A DNA stretch of 64,000 nt from an uncultured virus (IMG/VR IMGVR_UViG_2684623068_000003) (taxonomy: Duplodnaviria; Heunggongvirae; Uroviricota; Caudoviricetes): IMG/VR virus record IMGVR_UViG_2684623068_000003. One strand, given 5' to 3'. Position numbers and translations under genes: made by a program. The number at the start of each line of letters is the position of its first letter. Position 1 is the first letter of the stretch. The notes beneath the pieces are model-generated. The model searched no databases. It was not told where the DNA came from and saw only the letters and a program-made list of their open reading frames with translations. Below, one piece after another: positions 8,358-18,735 of this stretch.

Positions 8358-10838
8358 TTGACACTTTTAGAACAGGTTGACAGGATTCGTATCCAAGCTA
8401 ACTTAGAGCTTGATCCGGACAAAAAAGGCGCGTTAGGCCAGTACTTCACCTCTGCGCCAATCAGCCTTTTCATGGCTTCTTTATTTAGCGATATTAAAGG
8501 TGATATACGCCTTCTAGACCCAGGTTGTGGTCCGGGCTCCTTAACCGCTGCCTTCACTTCTGAGGCTCTACGGAGAGGTTCAGCAAAAAAAATTGATCTT
8601 TTTGCTTTTGACATCGAACCAACTCTAGCGCCTTACATACAAAAAACGATGAAATTATGCGCAGAATACTCTAATAATTCTGGAGTCACTTGCGCTTCTT
8701 CTTTCAAAGAATGTGACTATATTTTAACAACAGCCTGTAATGACAAAGTAAGCTCCACTTACACCCATTGCATCATAAATCCACCATATAAAAAAATCGC
8801 TACAACTAGCGAACATAGACATGTATTAAGAAAATCTGGTATCGAAGCAGTAAATCTTTATGCTGGTTTTGTAGCTTTAGCATTACAACAACTTGACCAT
8901 TTAGGCGAGTTAGTCGCTATTATCCCAAGATCTTTTTGTAACGGTCCTTATTACTTACCGTTTAGAAATGTGCTTTTCACTGAAACAGCCATTAAACACA
9001 TTCATATATTTGATAGCAGAACTCATGCATTTGCAGAAGACTCCGTACTCCAAGAAAATATTATAATTCATGTAATTAAAGGTGCGATTCAAAGCGATGT
9101 AACTATAACATCTAGCCCTATGTCGGATTTTTCATTTGATGACGAAACGCAAACCGTCACAGCAAGTGATATGACAATAAGAAAAGTTCCTTTTGAATCA
9201 CTAGTAAATAAAAATGATTCAGATAGATTTATACATATTGCTGCGAACAATAGAGACCAGTTCATAATTGATAGGCTATCGATCTTCACTACTAATCTTG
9301 AGCAATTAGGCATCAATGTTAGCACTGGTCCTGTTGTAGACTTCCGTCTAAAAAGCGATCTTCGCCAAGATATTGAGTTAGGAGCCGTGCCATTAATTTA
9401 TCCAATTCATTTGAACAATGGAGTTCAATGGCCAAAGGTTTCAAAAAAACCTAACGCCATATACGTATCTGAGACGTCAGAACCTTGGTTATGGAAGAAT
9501 AAAGACCATTTTGTCATCGTCAGAAGATTTAGCTCAAAAGAAGAAAAACGCCGTATTGTTGCAACGGTTTATGATGGTTCTTTACCTGGTGACTTGATTG
9601 GTTTTGAAAATAAACTCAACGTCTTTCATATCCATAAATCTGGAATGAGCGAACAACTGGCTTATGGTCTTGCAGCTTTTTTGAATTGTACATTACTCGA
9701 TAAATATTATCGTTTATTTGGCGGACATACGCAGGTTAACGCAACAGACCTACGAAACATGCACTACCCAAGTTACGAATCTTTATGCAGAATTGGCCTA
9801 CAACTTGCTGATGATAATCTTAGCCAAGAAAAAATTGATGATGTTATCAACAAGGAGGTAATACAATTGACCGGTGATATAGAACAAAACCCTCTTAGCG
9901 CCCAAGAGAAAATTGATCAGGCTATTGAGATACTCAAACAACTTGGAATGCCTAGAGCTCAGCTTAATGAACGCTCAGCGCTTACCTTTTTAGCATTACT
10001 AAATCTTCATCCTGAAGGCAATTGGCAAGAGTTAGAAAAACCACTGATTGGTGTTACTCCGATTATGGATTGGTGCAAAATTGTTTATGGAAAAGAATAT
10101 GCTCCTAACACTAGGGAAACATTCAGACGCCAGACACTTCACCAGTTTGTTGATGGCGGATTAGCTCTTTATAACCCAGACCAGCCAGATAGAGCTGTTA
10201 ACAGCCCCAAAGCATGCTATCAGATAGCACCAGAGCTCTATGATGTATTGAGTTCCTATGGAACATTACATTGGGACACTAATATCTCTCGCTGGCTTGA
10301 GCACCAAGAAACTTTGGTAGAAAGATATGCAATGGAGCGTGAAATGCATATGATCCCACTGACGCTAGACGATGGAACAGAAATTCATCTAAGTCCCGGT
10401 GATCATAGTCAACTAATACGCGATATCGTTATAGAGTTTGGCGCTAGATTTTTACCAGGCGCACAAGTTTTGTACCTTGGAGATACAGGGGCAAAGGAGG
10501 ATTTCTTTAGAAAATCTACACTTGAGTCTTTGGGGGTAACTGTAAATAGAAAAGGAAAGCTTCCTGATGTTGTACTCTACAGCCCCCAACGTGACTGGTT
10601 AGTTTTAATTGAATCCGTGACTAGCCATGGCCCTGTCGATAGTAAGCGACATGGGGAATTAGCAAAATTATTTGAAAATGCTCGCCCCGGGCTGGTATAT
10701 GTGTCCGCGTTTCCGGATAAAAAAACCATGGCGAAATTTCTATCTCAAATTAGCTGGGAAACAGAAATCTGGATTGCCGAGTCCCCAACACATATGATTC
10801 ATTTAAATGGGGATAGATTCTTAGGCCCCCATAATTGA
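8358..10838 (+). CDS. Fused N6-adenine methyltransferase + BsuBI/PstI-family restriction endonuclease
   Basis: 826 aa; GQYFT, LLDPGCGPG (motif I), NPPY (motif IV); C-terminal NERSALT, YAPNTRETFRRQTLHQF, GKLPDV..LIESVTSHGP. Confidence 0.88.
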   Translation: MTLLEQVDRIRIQANLELDPDKKGALGQYFTSAPISLFMASLFSDIKGDIRLLDPGCGPGSLTAAFTSEALRRGSAKKIDLFAFDIEPTLAPYIQKTMKLCAEYSNNSGVTCASSFKECDYILTTACNDKVSSTYTHCIINPPYKKIATTSEHRHVLRKSGIEAVNLYAGFVALALQQLDHLGELVAIIPRSFCNGPYYLPFRNVLFTETAIKHIHIFDSRTHAFAEDSVLQENIIIHVIKGAIQSDVTITSSPMSDFSFDDETQTVTASDMTIRKVPFESLVNKNDSDRFIHIAANNRDQFIIDRLSIFTTNLEQLGINVSTGPVVDFRLKSDLRQDIELGAVPLIYPIHLNNGVQWPKVSKKPNAIYVSETSEPWLWKNKDHFVIVRRFSSKEEKRRIVATVYDGSLPGDLIGFENKLNVFHIHKSGMSEQLAYGLAAFLNCTLLDKYYRLFGGHTQVNATDLRNMHYPSYESLCRIGLQLADDNLSQEKIDDVINKEVIQLTGDIEQNPLSAQEKIDQAIEILKQLGMPRAQLNERSALTFLALLNLHPEGNWQELEKPLIGVTPIMDWCKIVYGKEYAPNTRETFRRQTLHQFVDGGLALYNPDQPDRAVNSPKACYQIAPELYDVLSSYGTLHWDTNISRWLEHQETLVERYAMEREMHMIPLTLDDGTEIHLSPGDHSQLIRDIVIEFGARFLPGAQVLYLGDTGAKEDFFRKSTLESLGVTVNRKGKLPDVVLYSPQRDWLVLIESVTSHGPVDSKRHGELAKLFENARPGLVYVSAFPDKKTMAKFLSQISWETEIWIAESPTHMIHLNGDRFLGPHN

Positions 10839-10843
10839 TTCTA

Positions 10844-10872
10844 AAAAACAGCCTCTTATTGAGGCTGTTTTT
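10844..10872. terminator. Bidirectional rho-independent terminator
   Basis: AAAAACAGCCTC-TTATT-GAGGCTGTTTTT between convergent R-M gene and Q. Confidence 0.88.
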
Positions 10873-11047
10873 ATATTAGCTTATGAATAACACCTGAACT
10901 CAACACACAAGCCGGTGAAAAATTAATCATAAATACAAAAACCATAAAATATATTTTCACCAATGATAGAACAGAGAAGCGTGACTCTAAGCTTGGTGAC
11001 TCATCTTTGGCATCTAAATATATTATTAACAACGATATATAAAACAA

Positions 11048-12064
11048 TTATAAACGATATGTTTTAAAATTTATTAGTTCCATTCCGACCCACTCATTAA
11101 CCTCCTTAATCCGCGCCTGCAACGGCAGGAGCTCATTCCTCACAAACACCTGACTCGCCTTCACCACATCCCCAAAACCCCCGTTATTATTCGGTAGCAC
11201 GCCCATCATTTGAGGTGGAACACGGTGCGCACTCAACAAATCATCGCGGGTCGCGTTCTTGATGTTAAAGAAGTCATCTTTGGTGGCCACTTCACTCAGC
11301 GGCACGATTTTAATGCCGTCGGGTTTGCCGTTCGGCGCATAGAAGAACAGGTTTTTAAAGTTACCCAGCCCTTTCGAGCTGCGCATCGCATCACGTAATG
11401 CTTCCACATCGGTGTTACTTTGTGCCGCGTCGGTTACGTACATGATATAGCCCGCGTGCGCACCATTCTGGTAATACTTACGGCGAAACAGCGTGGCGGA
11501 TTCATTCAGCCATGCCGAGTTAAGCGAGCTCATATACTCCGGCAATCCGTACAGTTCCTGATTGATATCCGGCTCAATCAAGTGGAACATCGAACCAGCT
11601 TCAAAACGATGCGGCTCTTTAAACGACTGCACGAACCAATACACATCATCCTCGACGCCTCGGCGAGTATACTTGGCCGGTGAGCACTCCAGTCGCATCA
11701 CCTCCCCCACGCGGTTGTAACGCTTTTCTAAAAACGCATTGCCAAACACCAAGAAGTCGAGCACAAAGCGGCTGAACGCCTGCTGACTCAATAGCGGATG
11801 CGGGATAAAGGTGCTGGCGAGAATGTTGCGCTTCACGTAAATCGGCGAGCTGTGGTGGACGGCAGCGCGCAGACTTTTCGCCAGCCCCGCAAAGCTCACC
11901 GGCGGCTCGATCCATTTACCGTTACCGATACACTCGGCATAGTCGAGGATATCGCGGCGATCCAGCACCGCCGACGGCTCGCCAAAGGTGAACGCCTGCA
12001 TCGCTTGATCTGGTTTTTTTGCCATGGTCATGGCTTTGGCGCGCTGGCCTTTACGTTTGCTCAT
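11048..12064 (-). CDS. Q: Portal protein gpQ
   Basis: AFTFGEP..LRAAVHHSSPIYVKRN..FRRKYYQNGAHAG. Confidence 0.96.
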   Translation of the reverse strand: MSKRKGQRAKAMTMAKKPDQAMQAFTFGEPSAVLDRRDILDYAECIGNGKWIEPPVSFAGLAKSLRAAVHHSSPIYVKRNILASTFIPHPLLSQQAFSRFVLDFLVFGNAFLEKRYNRVGEVMRLECSPAKYTRRGVEDDVYWFVQSFKEPHRFEAGSMFHLIEPDINQELYGLPEYMSSLNSAWLNESATLFRRKYYQNGAHAGYIMYVTDAAQSNTDVEALRDAMRSSKGLGNFKNLFFYAPNGKPDGIKIVPLSEVATKDDFFNIKNATRDDLLSAHRVPPQMMGVLPNNNGGFGDVVKASQVFVRNELLPLQARIKEVNEWVGMELINFKTYRL

Positions 12065-13833
12065 CAGTTGAAGTCCAAGATTGAAGGAATAACGTTGCCG
12101 TTACCGGCGGTGAGAGGTTCGTTAATCATGGCGTGCATCGCCGCCCACGCGATATCGGCGTGGCTCACCTCTTCGCTACGGCTGGCCTCATAGGTCGCAC
12201 TGCGCCCGCTGGCCGTCATGGTCTTGCGGATCGCCATAAAGGATTGGGTGATATCGGTATGACCGGCGTCATATTCGAGGCGACCACTGGTGATCAGGTC
12301 TTTGGCCTTCAGCACCATGTTGGTTTTTACCTCCGGGCTATAACGAATTTCTCTGGCCGCTGGGAAGAAGTTGCGCACCAGTTGGAACACGCCCTGCCCG
12401 ATACCGGTAGCATCGATGCCGATATATTCCACGCTATATTTGTCTGTCAGTGATTTGATGGATTCGGCCTGTGTAGCGAAGTCCATGCCCTTCCACTGAT
12501 GACGCTCCAGAATACGGAACTTGCCGCCGGGAACTAACGGCGGCGCTAGCACCACACACCCCGCACTGTCGCCGGTGTGTGACGGGTCATAGCCGATCCA
12601 GACCGCACGGTAGCCAAACGGACGATAGGCAAACTGATGGAAATCCTCCCACTCTTCCATGGTATCGACCATGCAGCCTTGCAGCTCCTCGAACGGGAAG
12701 ACTGAGGCCTTATCATCGACAAACTCGCACAGGAACAGATTGCGGAAATCTTCTTCGCTGTTTTCCTGCTTGAGCACATCCAGATTAAACAAGGTACAGC
12801 CACCGGCCTGCGCGTCCTCGATGGTGACAATCTGCCGCCACTGACCATCACCGCATACCGCACCGCCGGCTAAGGCTTGGTGACTCACGTCCAGCTCAAT
12901 ACACTCACTTTTATCTTTGCGCCCCTTGTTGAACAGCTCACCCGACCAATACGGATAGGCACTGTGAGCAAGGCTCGACGGGGTTGAGAAATAGGTGGTA
13001 CGTAAATGTTCCTGCGACGCCATGCCCGAGGCCACTTTGCGCAGCTTTTGGAAATTGGGGATCCAGAAATATTCATCGACATACAGGTCGCCGTTATGGC
13101 TTTGCGCGGTGTTGGAGTTGGTACCGAGGAAAATCAGCTTCGCGCCGTTGTTACCTAACACTATCGGATCGCCAGTGAGCTCGACATCCACCTCTCGGGC
13201 GAACTGGATGATGTATTCACGGAACACGTAAGCCTGCGTTTTACTAGCCGAGAGAAAGATCTGATTACAGCCACTGTCCAACGCCTTGAGCAGCGCCTCG
13301 CGGGAAAAGAAGTAAGTTGCCCCAATCTGTCGCGATTTAAGAATGTCGCGAATACGGTGCTTTAGCCCCATCTCATACCAGTATTTTTGGTAGTTAAAGG
13401 ACTGTTTAAAGAAAATGGCTTTGAGTTGGGCGATAGCCTCTTCGCTGAAGAAATTCTTCTTCGGCTGTTTGCGCTCGCCTTTGTTACGGCTGCGAATATT
13501 CGGATTGAGATCGGCCTCATTACCGCCGTTCATATAACGGCTGACGCGTGCCAGTCGTTCAATTTGGCGACCGAGCAGGTCGATCTCTTTGTAGTCGCTC
13601 CCCTCCTTTTTGCTTTTCATCACCAGTTGAATCAACCGCGCCTCGATGCTGGTTTCCACGCGAGAAATCGGCGCAATGTCGTCCCATTTCTCGCGCTGTT
13701 TCCAACTCTGCACGGTCGGACGTTTTTGGCTCAGCATGTCCGCGATTTGGCGCACGGAAAACCCCTGCCAGTAAAGCAAAGCAGCCTGACGGCGTGGGTC
13801 ACTGAGGATAGTGGTATCGAGTGTCATGTTCAT
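12064..13833 (-). CDS. P: Terminase ATPase subunit gpP
   Basis: DPRRQAALLYWQG, LKSRQIGAT, WIGYDP, HADIAWA. Confidence 0.96.
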   Translation of the reverse strand: MNMTLDTTILSDPRRQAALLYWQGFSVRQIADMLSQKRPTVQSWKQREKWDDIAPISRVETSIEARLIQLVMKSKKEGSDYKEIDLLGRQIERLARVSRYMNGGNEADLNPNIRSRNKGERKQPKKNFFSEEAIAQLKAIFFKQSFNYQKYWYEMGLKHRIRDILKSRQIGATYFFSREALLKALDSGCNQIFLSASKTQAYVFREYIIQFAREVDVELTGDPIVLGNNGAKLIFLGTNSNTAQSHNGDLYVDEYFWIPNFQKLRKVASGMASQEHLRTTYFSTPSSLAHSAYPYWSGELFNKGRKDKSECIELDVSHQALAGGAVCGDGQWRQIVTIEDAQAGGCTLFNLDVLKQENSEEDFRNLFLCEFVDDKASVFPFEELQGCMVDTMEEWEDFHQFAYRPFGYRAVWIGYDPSHTGDSAGCVVLAPPLVPGGKFRILERHQWKGMDFATQAESIKSLTDKYSVEYIGIDATGIGQGVFQLVRNFFPAAREIRYSPEVKTNMVLKAKDLITSGRLEYDAGHTDITQSFMAIRKTMTASGRSATYEASRSEEVSHADIAWAAMHAMINEPLTAGNGNVIPSILDFN

Positions 13834-13975
13834 GGTGCAAAGGCTACGCAAGCCGCTCAGCGCCTGCCTTATGTGCCTGTTGTCTCAGCGGTTATCAGAC
13901 GTGCATCGATGGCGGCCAGCGCTTGGAGTCGGGAAACTAGCCCCGAACCCAATACCGACTCAGGACACCTGAACA

Positions 13976-14821
13976 ATGGCTAAGAAAATTTCGAAATGGT
14001 TTCGCATCGGCGTCGAGGGTGACACCTGCGACGGACGCAATATTGAAGCCTCAGATATTCAACAAATGGCCGACAGCTTTGACACGCGTGTTTACGGCTG
14101 CCGTATCAATCTGGAACACATTAAAGGACTGCTGCCCGATAGCGCCTTTCGCCGTTTTGGTGATGTCGTCGAACTGAAGGCCGAAACTATCGCCGATGAT
14201 TCGGCACTCAATGGCAAGCTGGCGCTGTACGCCAAAATTAGCCCCACCGACGAACTGGTCACCATGACTAAGGCCAGCCAGAAAATTTATACCTCGATGG
14301 AGATCCGCCCTAACTTCGCCAATACCGGCAACAGTTATCTCGTGGGGCTCGCGGTGACTGACGATCCAGCTAGCCTCGGCACCGAAGTGCTGGCATTCAG
14401 CGCCAAAGCCGCTACCAATCCTTTTGCCAGTAAAAAATCCGAGCCGGATGACTTGTTCTCAGTCGCGACATTAGCCGAACTGACATTCGAAGACGTCCCC
14501 GACACCTTACTCAATAACCTGACCGATAAGGTCAAAAGCATCTTTAGCCGCAAGCAGGCCAACGATGATGCCCGCTTTAGCGACGTGCATGAGGCAGTCA
14601 CTGCCGTTTCTGAACAGGTGCGAACCACCATCGAGAGCACTGAGCAACGCTTTGCCGTCCTTGAGCAAAACCTTCAGAGCCTATCTGAACAGGTGCGCTG
14701 CGAAAAACAGGCGCTGTCCACGCTCAAAGGTCAACTCGACACCACCGAGAACTTCAGCCAAACACGCCGCCCACTGGCGAACGGTGGCAACGGTGAAGAG
14801 ATGCACCTGACCAACTGCTAA
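13976..14821 (+). CDS. O: Capsid scaffolding protein gpO
   Basis: FRIGVEGDTCDGR..YLVGLAVTDDPASLGTE. Confidence 0.95.
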   Translation: MAKKISKWFRIGVEGDTCDGRNIEASDIQQMADSFDTRVYGCRINLEHIKGLLPDSAFRRFGDVVELKAETIADDSALNGKLALYAKISPTDELVTMTKASQKIYTSMEIRPNFANTGNSYLVGLAVTDDPASLGTEVLAFSAKAATNPFASKKSEPDDLFSVATLAELTFEDVPDTLLNNLTDKVKSIFSRKQANDDARFSDVHEAVTAVSEQVRTTIESTEQRFAVLEQNLQSLSEQVRCEKQALSTLKGQLDTTENFSQTRRPLANGGNGEEMHLTNC

Positions 14822-14868
14822 GCGACGCGCTAGCGAATAACGTAAAAATTCATTGAAAGAGAGACACT

Positions 14869-15942
14869 ATGCGCCCGAATACCCGCTTTAAATTTAATGC
14901 GTTCCTGACTCAGGTCGCCAAGCTCAACGGCATCGACGTGAACGACATCGCCAAGAAGTTCACCGTCGAGCCGTCCGTAACCCAAACACTGATCACCACC
15001 GTGCAGGACACCTCCGACTTCCTCAAGCGCATCAACATGGTGCCAGTGGATGAGCAAGAAGGTGAAAAAATTGGCCTCGGTGTGACCGGCTCAATTGCCA
15101 GCACCACCGATACCGATAGCGGCGATGAACGCGAGACCGCCGATTTTGCCGCCCTCGAGGCGCGCCGGTATAAGTGCGAACAGGTCAACTTTGACTTTCA
15201 TATCCGCTACAACACCCTTGACCTGTGGGCGCGTTATCAGGACTTCCAGATCCGCCTACGTGATGCCATCACCAAGCGTCAGGCGCTCGATTACATCATG
15301 GCCGGTTTCAACGGCATCAAGCGCTCGGCAACCTCTGACCGCAGTAAAAACCCGATGCTGCAAGATGTGGCCGTCGGTTGGCTGCAAAAACTGCGTAACG
15401 AAGCACCGAAGCGCGTCATGGATAAAGTCACCGACGCCGAGGGCAACGTGGTCTCAACCACGATCCGTATCGGTAAGAACGGCGACTACGTCAATCTCGA
15501 CGCCGCCGTGATGGATGCGACCAACAGCATGATTGAGCCATGGCATCAGGAAGATCCTGACTTGGTGGTCATCTGCGGTCGCCAGTTGCTGGCCGACAAG
15601 TATTTCCCGCTGGTGAACCAAGAGCAGCCCAACACCGAAGCCATGGCCGCCGACGTGATTGTCAGCCAAAAGCGCATCGGTAACTTACCGGCGGTACGTG
15701 TGCCGTACTTCCCCGCTGACGCCCTGATGATCACCCGTCTGGATAACCTATCGATTTACATCATGGACAGCGCTCACCGCCGCCATATCGAAGAGAACGC
15801 CAAGCGCGATCGCGTCGAAAACTATGAGTCGCTGAAGGTCGATTTTGTAGTCGAGGACTACGGCTGCGCCTGTCTGATTGAAAACATCAAGCTGGGCATT
15901 TTCCCTGAAGCAGAAGCACCTACCGACACGCCGGAGGCCTAA
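14869..15942 (+). CDS. N: Major capsid protein gpN
   Basis: TRFKFNAFL..FTVEPSVTQTL..KRIGNLPAVRVPYFP. Confidence 0.96.
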   Translation: MRPNTRFKFNAFLTQVAKLNGIDVNDIAKKFTVEPSVTQTLITTVQDTSDFLKRINMVPVDEQEGEKIGLGVTGSIASTTDTDSGDERETADFAALEARRYKCEQVNFDFHIRYNTLDLWARYQDFQIRLRDAITKRQALDYIMAGFNGIKRSATSDRSKNPMLQDVAVGWLQKLRNEAPKRVMDKVTDAEGNVVSTTIRIGKNGDYVNLDAAVMDATNSMIEPWHQEDPDLVVICGRQLLADKYFPLVNQEQPNTEAMAADVIVSQKRIGNLPAVRVPYFPADALMITRLDNLSIYIMDSAHRRHIEENAKRDRVENYESLKVDFVVEDYGCACLIENIKLGIFPEAEAPTDTPEA

Positions 15943-15944
15943 CC

Positions 15945-16601
15945 ATGTCCAGCCCTGCACAGCGTCACATGATGCGCGTGTCAGCGGTGGAGGCTGCGCA
16001 GCGTGGCAATCACGCGCTGCGCCATGCCACTGGCTACGAGCAGATGTTGGTCAAACTGAGTAGCGACAAGCGCACCTTAAAAGGCGTGCGCTCGATTGAA
16101 CGCAAAGCGGCGCGCAAGCGTGAAATGTTGCCGCACTATGCGCCATGGGTAGCCGGTGTGTTGGCCGAAGGCCGAGGGGCTCAGGATGCGGTGTTGATGA
16201 CCGTGATGGTGTGGAAACTTGACGCCGGGGATATCGCCGGTGCGTTGGACATTGCGCGCTACGCCCTCGCCAATCAGTTGGTCATGCCCGATACCTACAC
16301 CCGCCCAACGCCGTATTTACTGGCCGAGGATGTGGCTATCGCTGCCGATCGCCTGCGCGTTGCCGGTGAGCCGGTTGATGTGTCGCTCCTGCTCACCACG
16401 CTGGAGCTTACCGACGCCGAAGATATGCCCGACCAAGTGCGCGCCAAGCTGCACAAAATCACCGGTCTGGTGCTACGCGATATCGGTAAAGACATTCAGG
16501 CACTCACTCATTTACAGCGCGCCATGCAGCTCGACCGCCATGCCGGTGTGAAAAAAGACATCAGTACGTTGGAAGCGAAGATCCGTAAAGCCAACGGCTA
16601 A
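15945..16601 (+). CDS. M: Terminase small/endonuclease subunit gpM
   Basis: SPAQRHMMRVSA..DMPDQVRAKLHK..AGVKKDI. Confidence 0.94.
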   Translation: MSSPAQRHMMRVSAVEAAQRGNHALRHATGYEQMLVKLSSDKRTLKGVRSIERKAARKREMLPHYAPWVAGVLAEGRGAQDAVLMTVMVWKLDAGDIAGALDIARYALANQLVMPDTYTRPTPYLLAEDVAIAADRLRVAGEPVDVSLLLTTLELTDAEDMPDQVRAKLHKITGLVLRDIGKDIQALTHLQRAMQLDRHAGVKKDISTLEAKIRKANG

Positions 16602-16694
16602 CCGAACGCGCCCCGCGCTGGGCGGCACGTAGGCCGATACAGGTTAACGCCTCGTCTGACGCCTGCGTCCACCGCCCCCTATTTTGAGGTTGTA

Positions 16695-17180
16695 ATGGAT
16701 ATCGTTATTGAGAAGAACGACGCGTTGGTCATTCCTCCACTGGAAGCTAACGAGCAGCCGATCCGTAACACGTTTTTCTGGCCGGATATTGACCCGGTAC
16801 GGATCCGCGAGTTGATGCGGCTGGAGTACACCGTCACCCCGCCCCGCCTGCGTGAAGCAATTTTAACCGGCATGTCTGAAACCAACGCCGAGCTGTATGA
16901 CTACCGCGAGCGTCAAATGGCCGCCGGTTACAAAATCCTCAGCGACGTCCCTGCCGAACAGCTCGATGGCGAGAGCGAGAAATGCTTCCACTATCAGCGT
17001 GCGGTGTCCGCGTTCGCCAGTGCCAGCGTTTACGAACGTTATCGCGGCTATGACGCCAGCGCCAAAGGCAACAAAAAAGCCGAGGACATCGACGGCACCA
17101 TCGACGAACTGTGGCGCGATGCCCGCTGGGCAGTGAGTCGCTTAGAAGGTCAGCCTAAATCCATTATCGGGCAAATCTAA
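16695..17180 (+). CDS. L: Head completion protein gpL
   Basis: IRNTFFWPDIDP..LWRDARWAVS. Confidence 0.93.
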   Translation: MDIVIEKNDALVIPPLEANEQPIRNTFFWPDIDPVRIRELMRLEYTVTPPRLREAILTGMSETNAELYDYRERQMAAGYKILSDVPAEQLDGESEKCFHYQRAVSAFASASVYERYRGYDASAKGNKKAEDIDGTIDELWRDARWAVSRLEGQPKSIIGQI

Positions 17181-17383
17181 TGCGCGTTATAGCCTCACAG
17201 GGCGACACCCTCGACGCCCTGTGTTATCGCCGTTATGGGCGCACCGAGGGCGTGGTCGAGGCGGTGCTCGCGGTCAATCCGGGGCTTGCAGAGCTGGGTG
17301 CTGTGTTACCGCATGGCACCACTGTCGAGTTGCCGGTCGTTGAGTCCTCGACCGCGTCGGAGACTCTCAACCTATGGGATTAA
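17180..17383 (+). CDS. X: Tail protein X
   Basis: QGDTLDALCYRRYGRTEG..NPGLAELG..LWD. Confidence 0.95.
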   Translation: MRVIASQGDTLDALCYRRYGRTEGVVEAVLAVNPGLAELGAVLPHGTTVELPVVESSTASETLNLWD

Positions 17384-17386
17384 TTC

Positions 17387-17683
17387 ATGAACGAAACCGA
17401 TAAGAGCGTGGTGACGCTATTCCTCATCGGGATGCTGATTGTGGTGGGCAAAGTGCTCGCCGGTGGTGAACCCATCACGCCTCGGCTGTTTATAGGCCGT
17501 ATGTTGCTCGGCGGCTTTGTCTCGATGGTGGCCGGTGTGGCGCTGGTGCAATTCCCTGATTTATCGGGTGCTGCCGTGAACGGCATCGGTGCCGCGTTGG
17601 GGATTGCGGGTTATCAGGTGGTGGAAATTTTTATCCAGCGCCGCCTGAACAAAGAAAACAAAACCGACAAAGGGGACAAATAA
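17387..17683 (+). CDS. Y: Holin
   Basis: 98 aa, three hydrophobic segments, GGEPITPRLFIGR, charged C-terminus, precedes endolysin. Confidence 0.9.
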   Translation: MNETDKSVVTLFLIGMLIVVGKVLAGGEPITPRLFIGRMLLGGFVSMVAGVALVQFPDLSGAAVNGIGAALGIAGYQVVEIFIQRRLNKENKTDKGDK

Positions 17684-18183
17684 TGACCGTGATTAAAGTC
17701 CATCCAAACGTTGCCGCGTTTCTCGATATGCTGGCGTTTTCCGAGGGAACGGCGACGCATCCACTCACCCGAAATCAGGGCTATGACGTGGTGGTCACCG
17801 GTATCGATGGCAAGCCGGAGATATTCACCGACTACAGCGATCACCCGTTTGCGCACGGTCGCCCCGCCAAAACCTTCAACCGACGCGGTGAGCGCTCGAC
17901 CGCCTCGGGGCGTTATCAGCAGCTTTATCGCTACTGGCCGCACTACAAAGCATTGCTTTCATTGCCTGACTTTAGCCCGTCGTCACAAGACCGCCTCGCG
18001 GTGCAATTGCTGACCGAGCAGCGAAGCCTCAGCGATATCGAGCATGGTGATATTGAACAAGCGATTAGCAAGTGCCGCAATATTTGGGCGTCACTGCCGG
18101 GTGCCGGTTACGGCCAGCGAGAGCACCGACTCGACAAATTGGTCGAGGTCTATCGCGCAGCAGGGGGAACACTTACCCCATGA
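17683..18183 (+). CDS. K: Endolysin (lambda R-like transglycosylase)
   Basis: AFLDMLAFSEGT..STASGRYQ..IWASLPGAGYGQ. Confidence 0.95.
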   Translation: MTVIKVHPNVAAFLDMLAFSEGTATHPLTRNQGYDVVVTGIDGKPEIFTDYSDHPFAHGRPAKTFNRRGERSTASGRYQQLYRYWPHYKALLSLPDFSPSSQDRLAVQLLTEQRSLSDIEHGDIEQAISKCRNIWASLPGAGYGQREHRLDKLVEVYRAAGGTLTP

Positions 18184-18620
18184 AAACGCTGATTATCTTG
18201 CTGATAGTGGCCGTGGTCGGCCTGTGGTGGTTAAAGCGCGAAAATCGCGAGCTGGGGCAAGCCCTCAGCGCTGCCACGCAAACCCTCGACACGCAAAAAA
18301 ATAACCTTAGTACCTTAAACAATCAGCTCAACGTGGTGCGCGATAACGCCGACCGCAGCGAACGCGCTCAGGTGGCATTGCGTCAACAACTCGACCACAC
18401 GCAGCTGCTCGCCACCGGTAAAGACCAAAAAATAACGAGGCTACTTAATGAAAATAAAGCGCTGCGTGATTGGTATCAGTCTGCTTTGCCTGATGACATT
18501 GCAAGGTTGCACACCCGTCCCGCCTTTGACACCCCCGACGCTTATCTACGTTGGCTGTCCGAAGGTGACGAGCTGCCCGATACCGGCAAGCCTGCCGAAA
18601 ACCAACGGAGATTTGAGTGA
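18180..18620 (+). CDS. lysB: Inner-membrane spanin LysB
   Basis: N-terminal TM, coiled coil, ITRLLNENKALRDW..LPDD. Confidence 0.9.
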   Translation: MKTLIILLIVAVVGLWWLKRENRELGQALSAATQTLDTQKNNLSTLNNQLNVVRDNADRSERAQVALRQQLDHTQLLATGKDQKITRLLNENKALRDWYQSALPDDIARLHTRPAFDTPDAYLRWLSEGDELPDTGKPAENQRRFE

Positions 18621-18735
18621 AGACAACCGCCAGCTAGAGCGCGCACTGGTGAGCTGTGCGCTACAGGTTGAAACCGTGAAACAGTGCCAGGAGTCACACG
18701 ATGTTAAAGCCCAAGAGTCTGCGCGAAGCGCTTGA
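18448..18735 (+). CDS. lysC: Outer-membrane spanin lipoprotein LysC
   Basis: Lipobox LQGC, GCPKVTSCPIP; overlaps lysB. Confidence 0.85.
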   Translation: MKIKRCVIGISLLCLMTLQGCTPVPPLTPPTLIYVGCPKVTSCPIPASLPKTNGDLSEDNRQLERALVSCALQVETVKQCQESHDVKAQESARSA

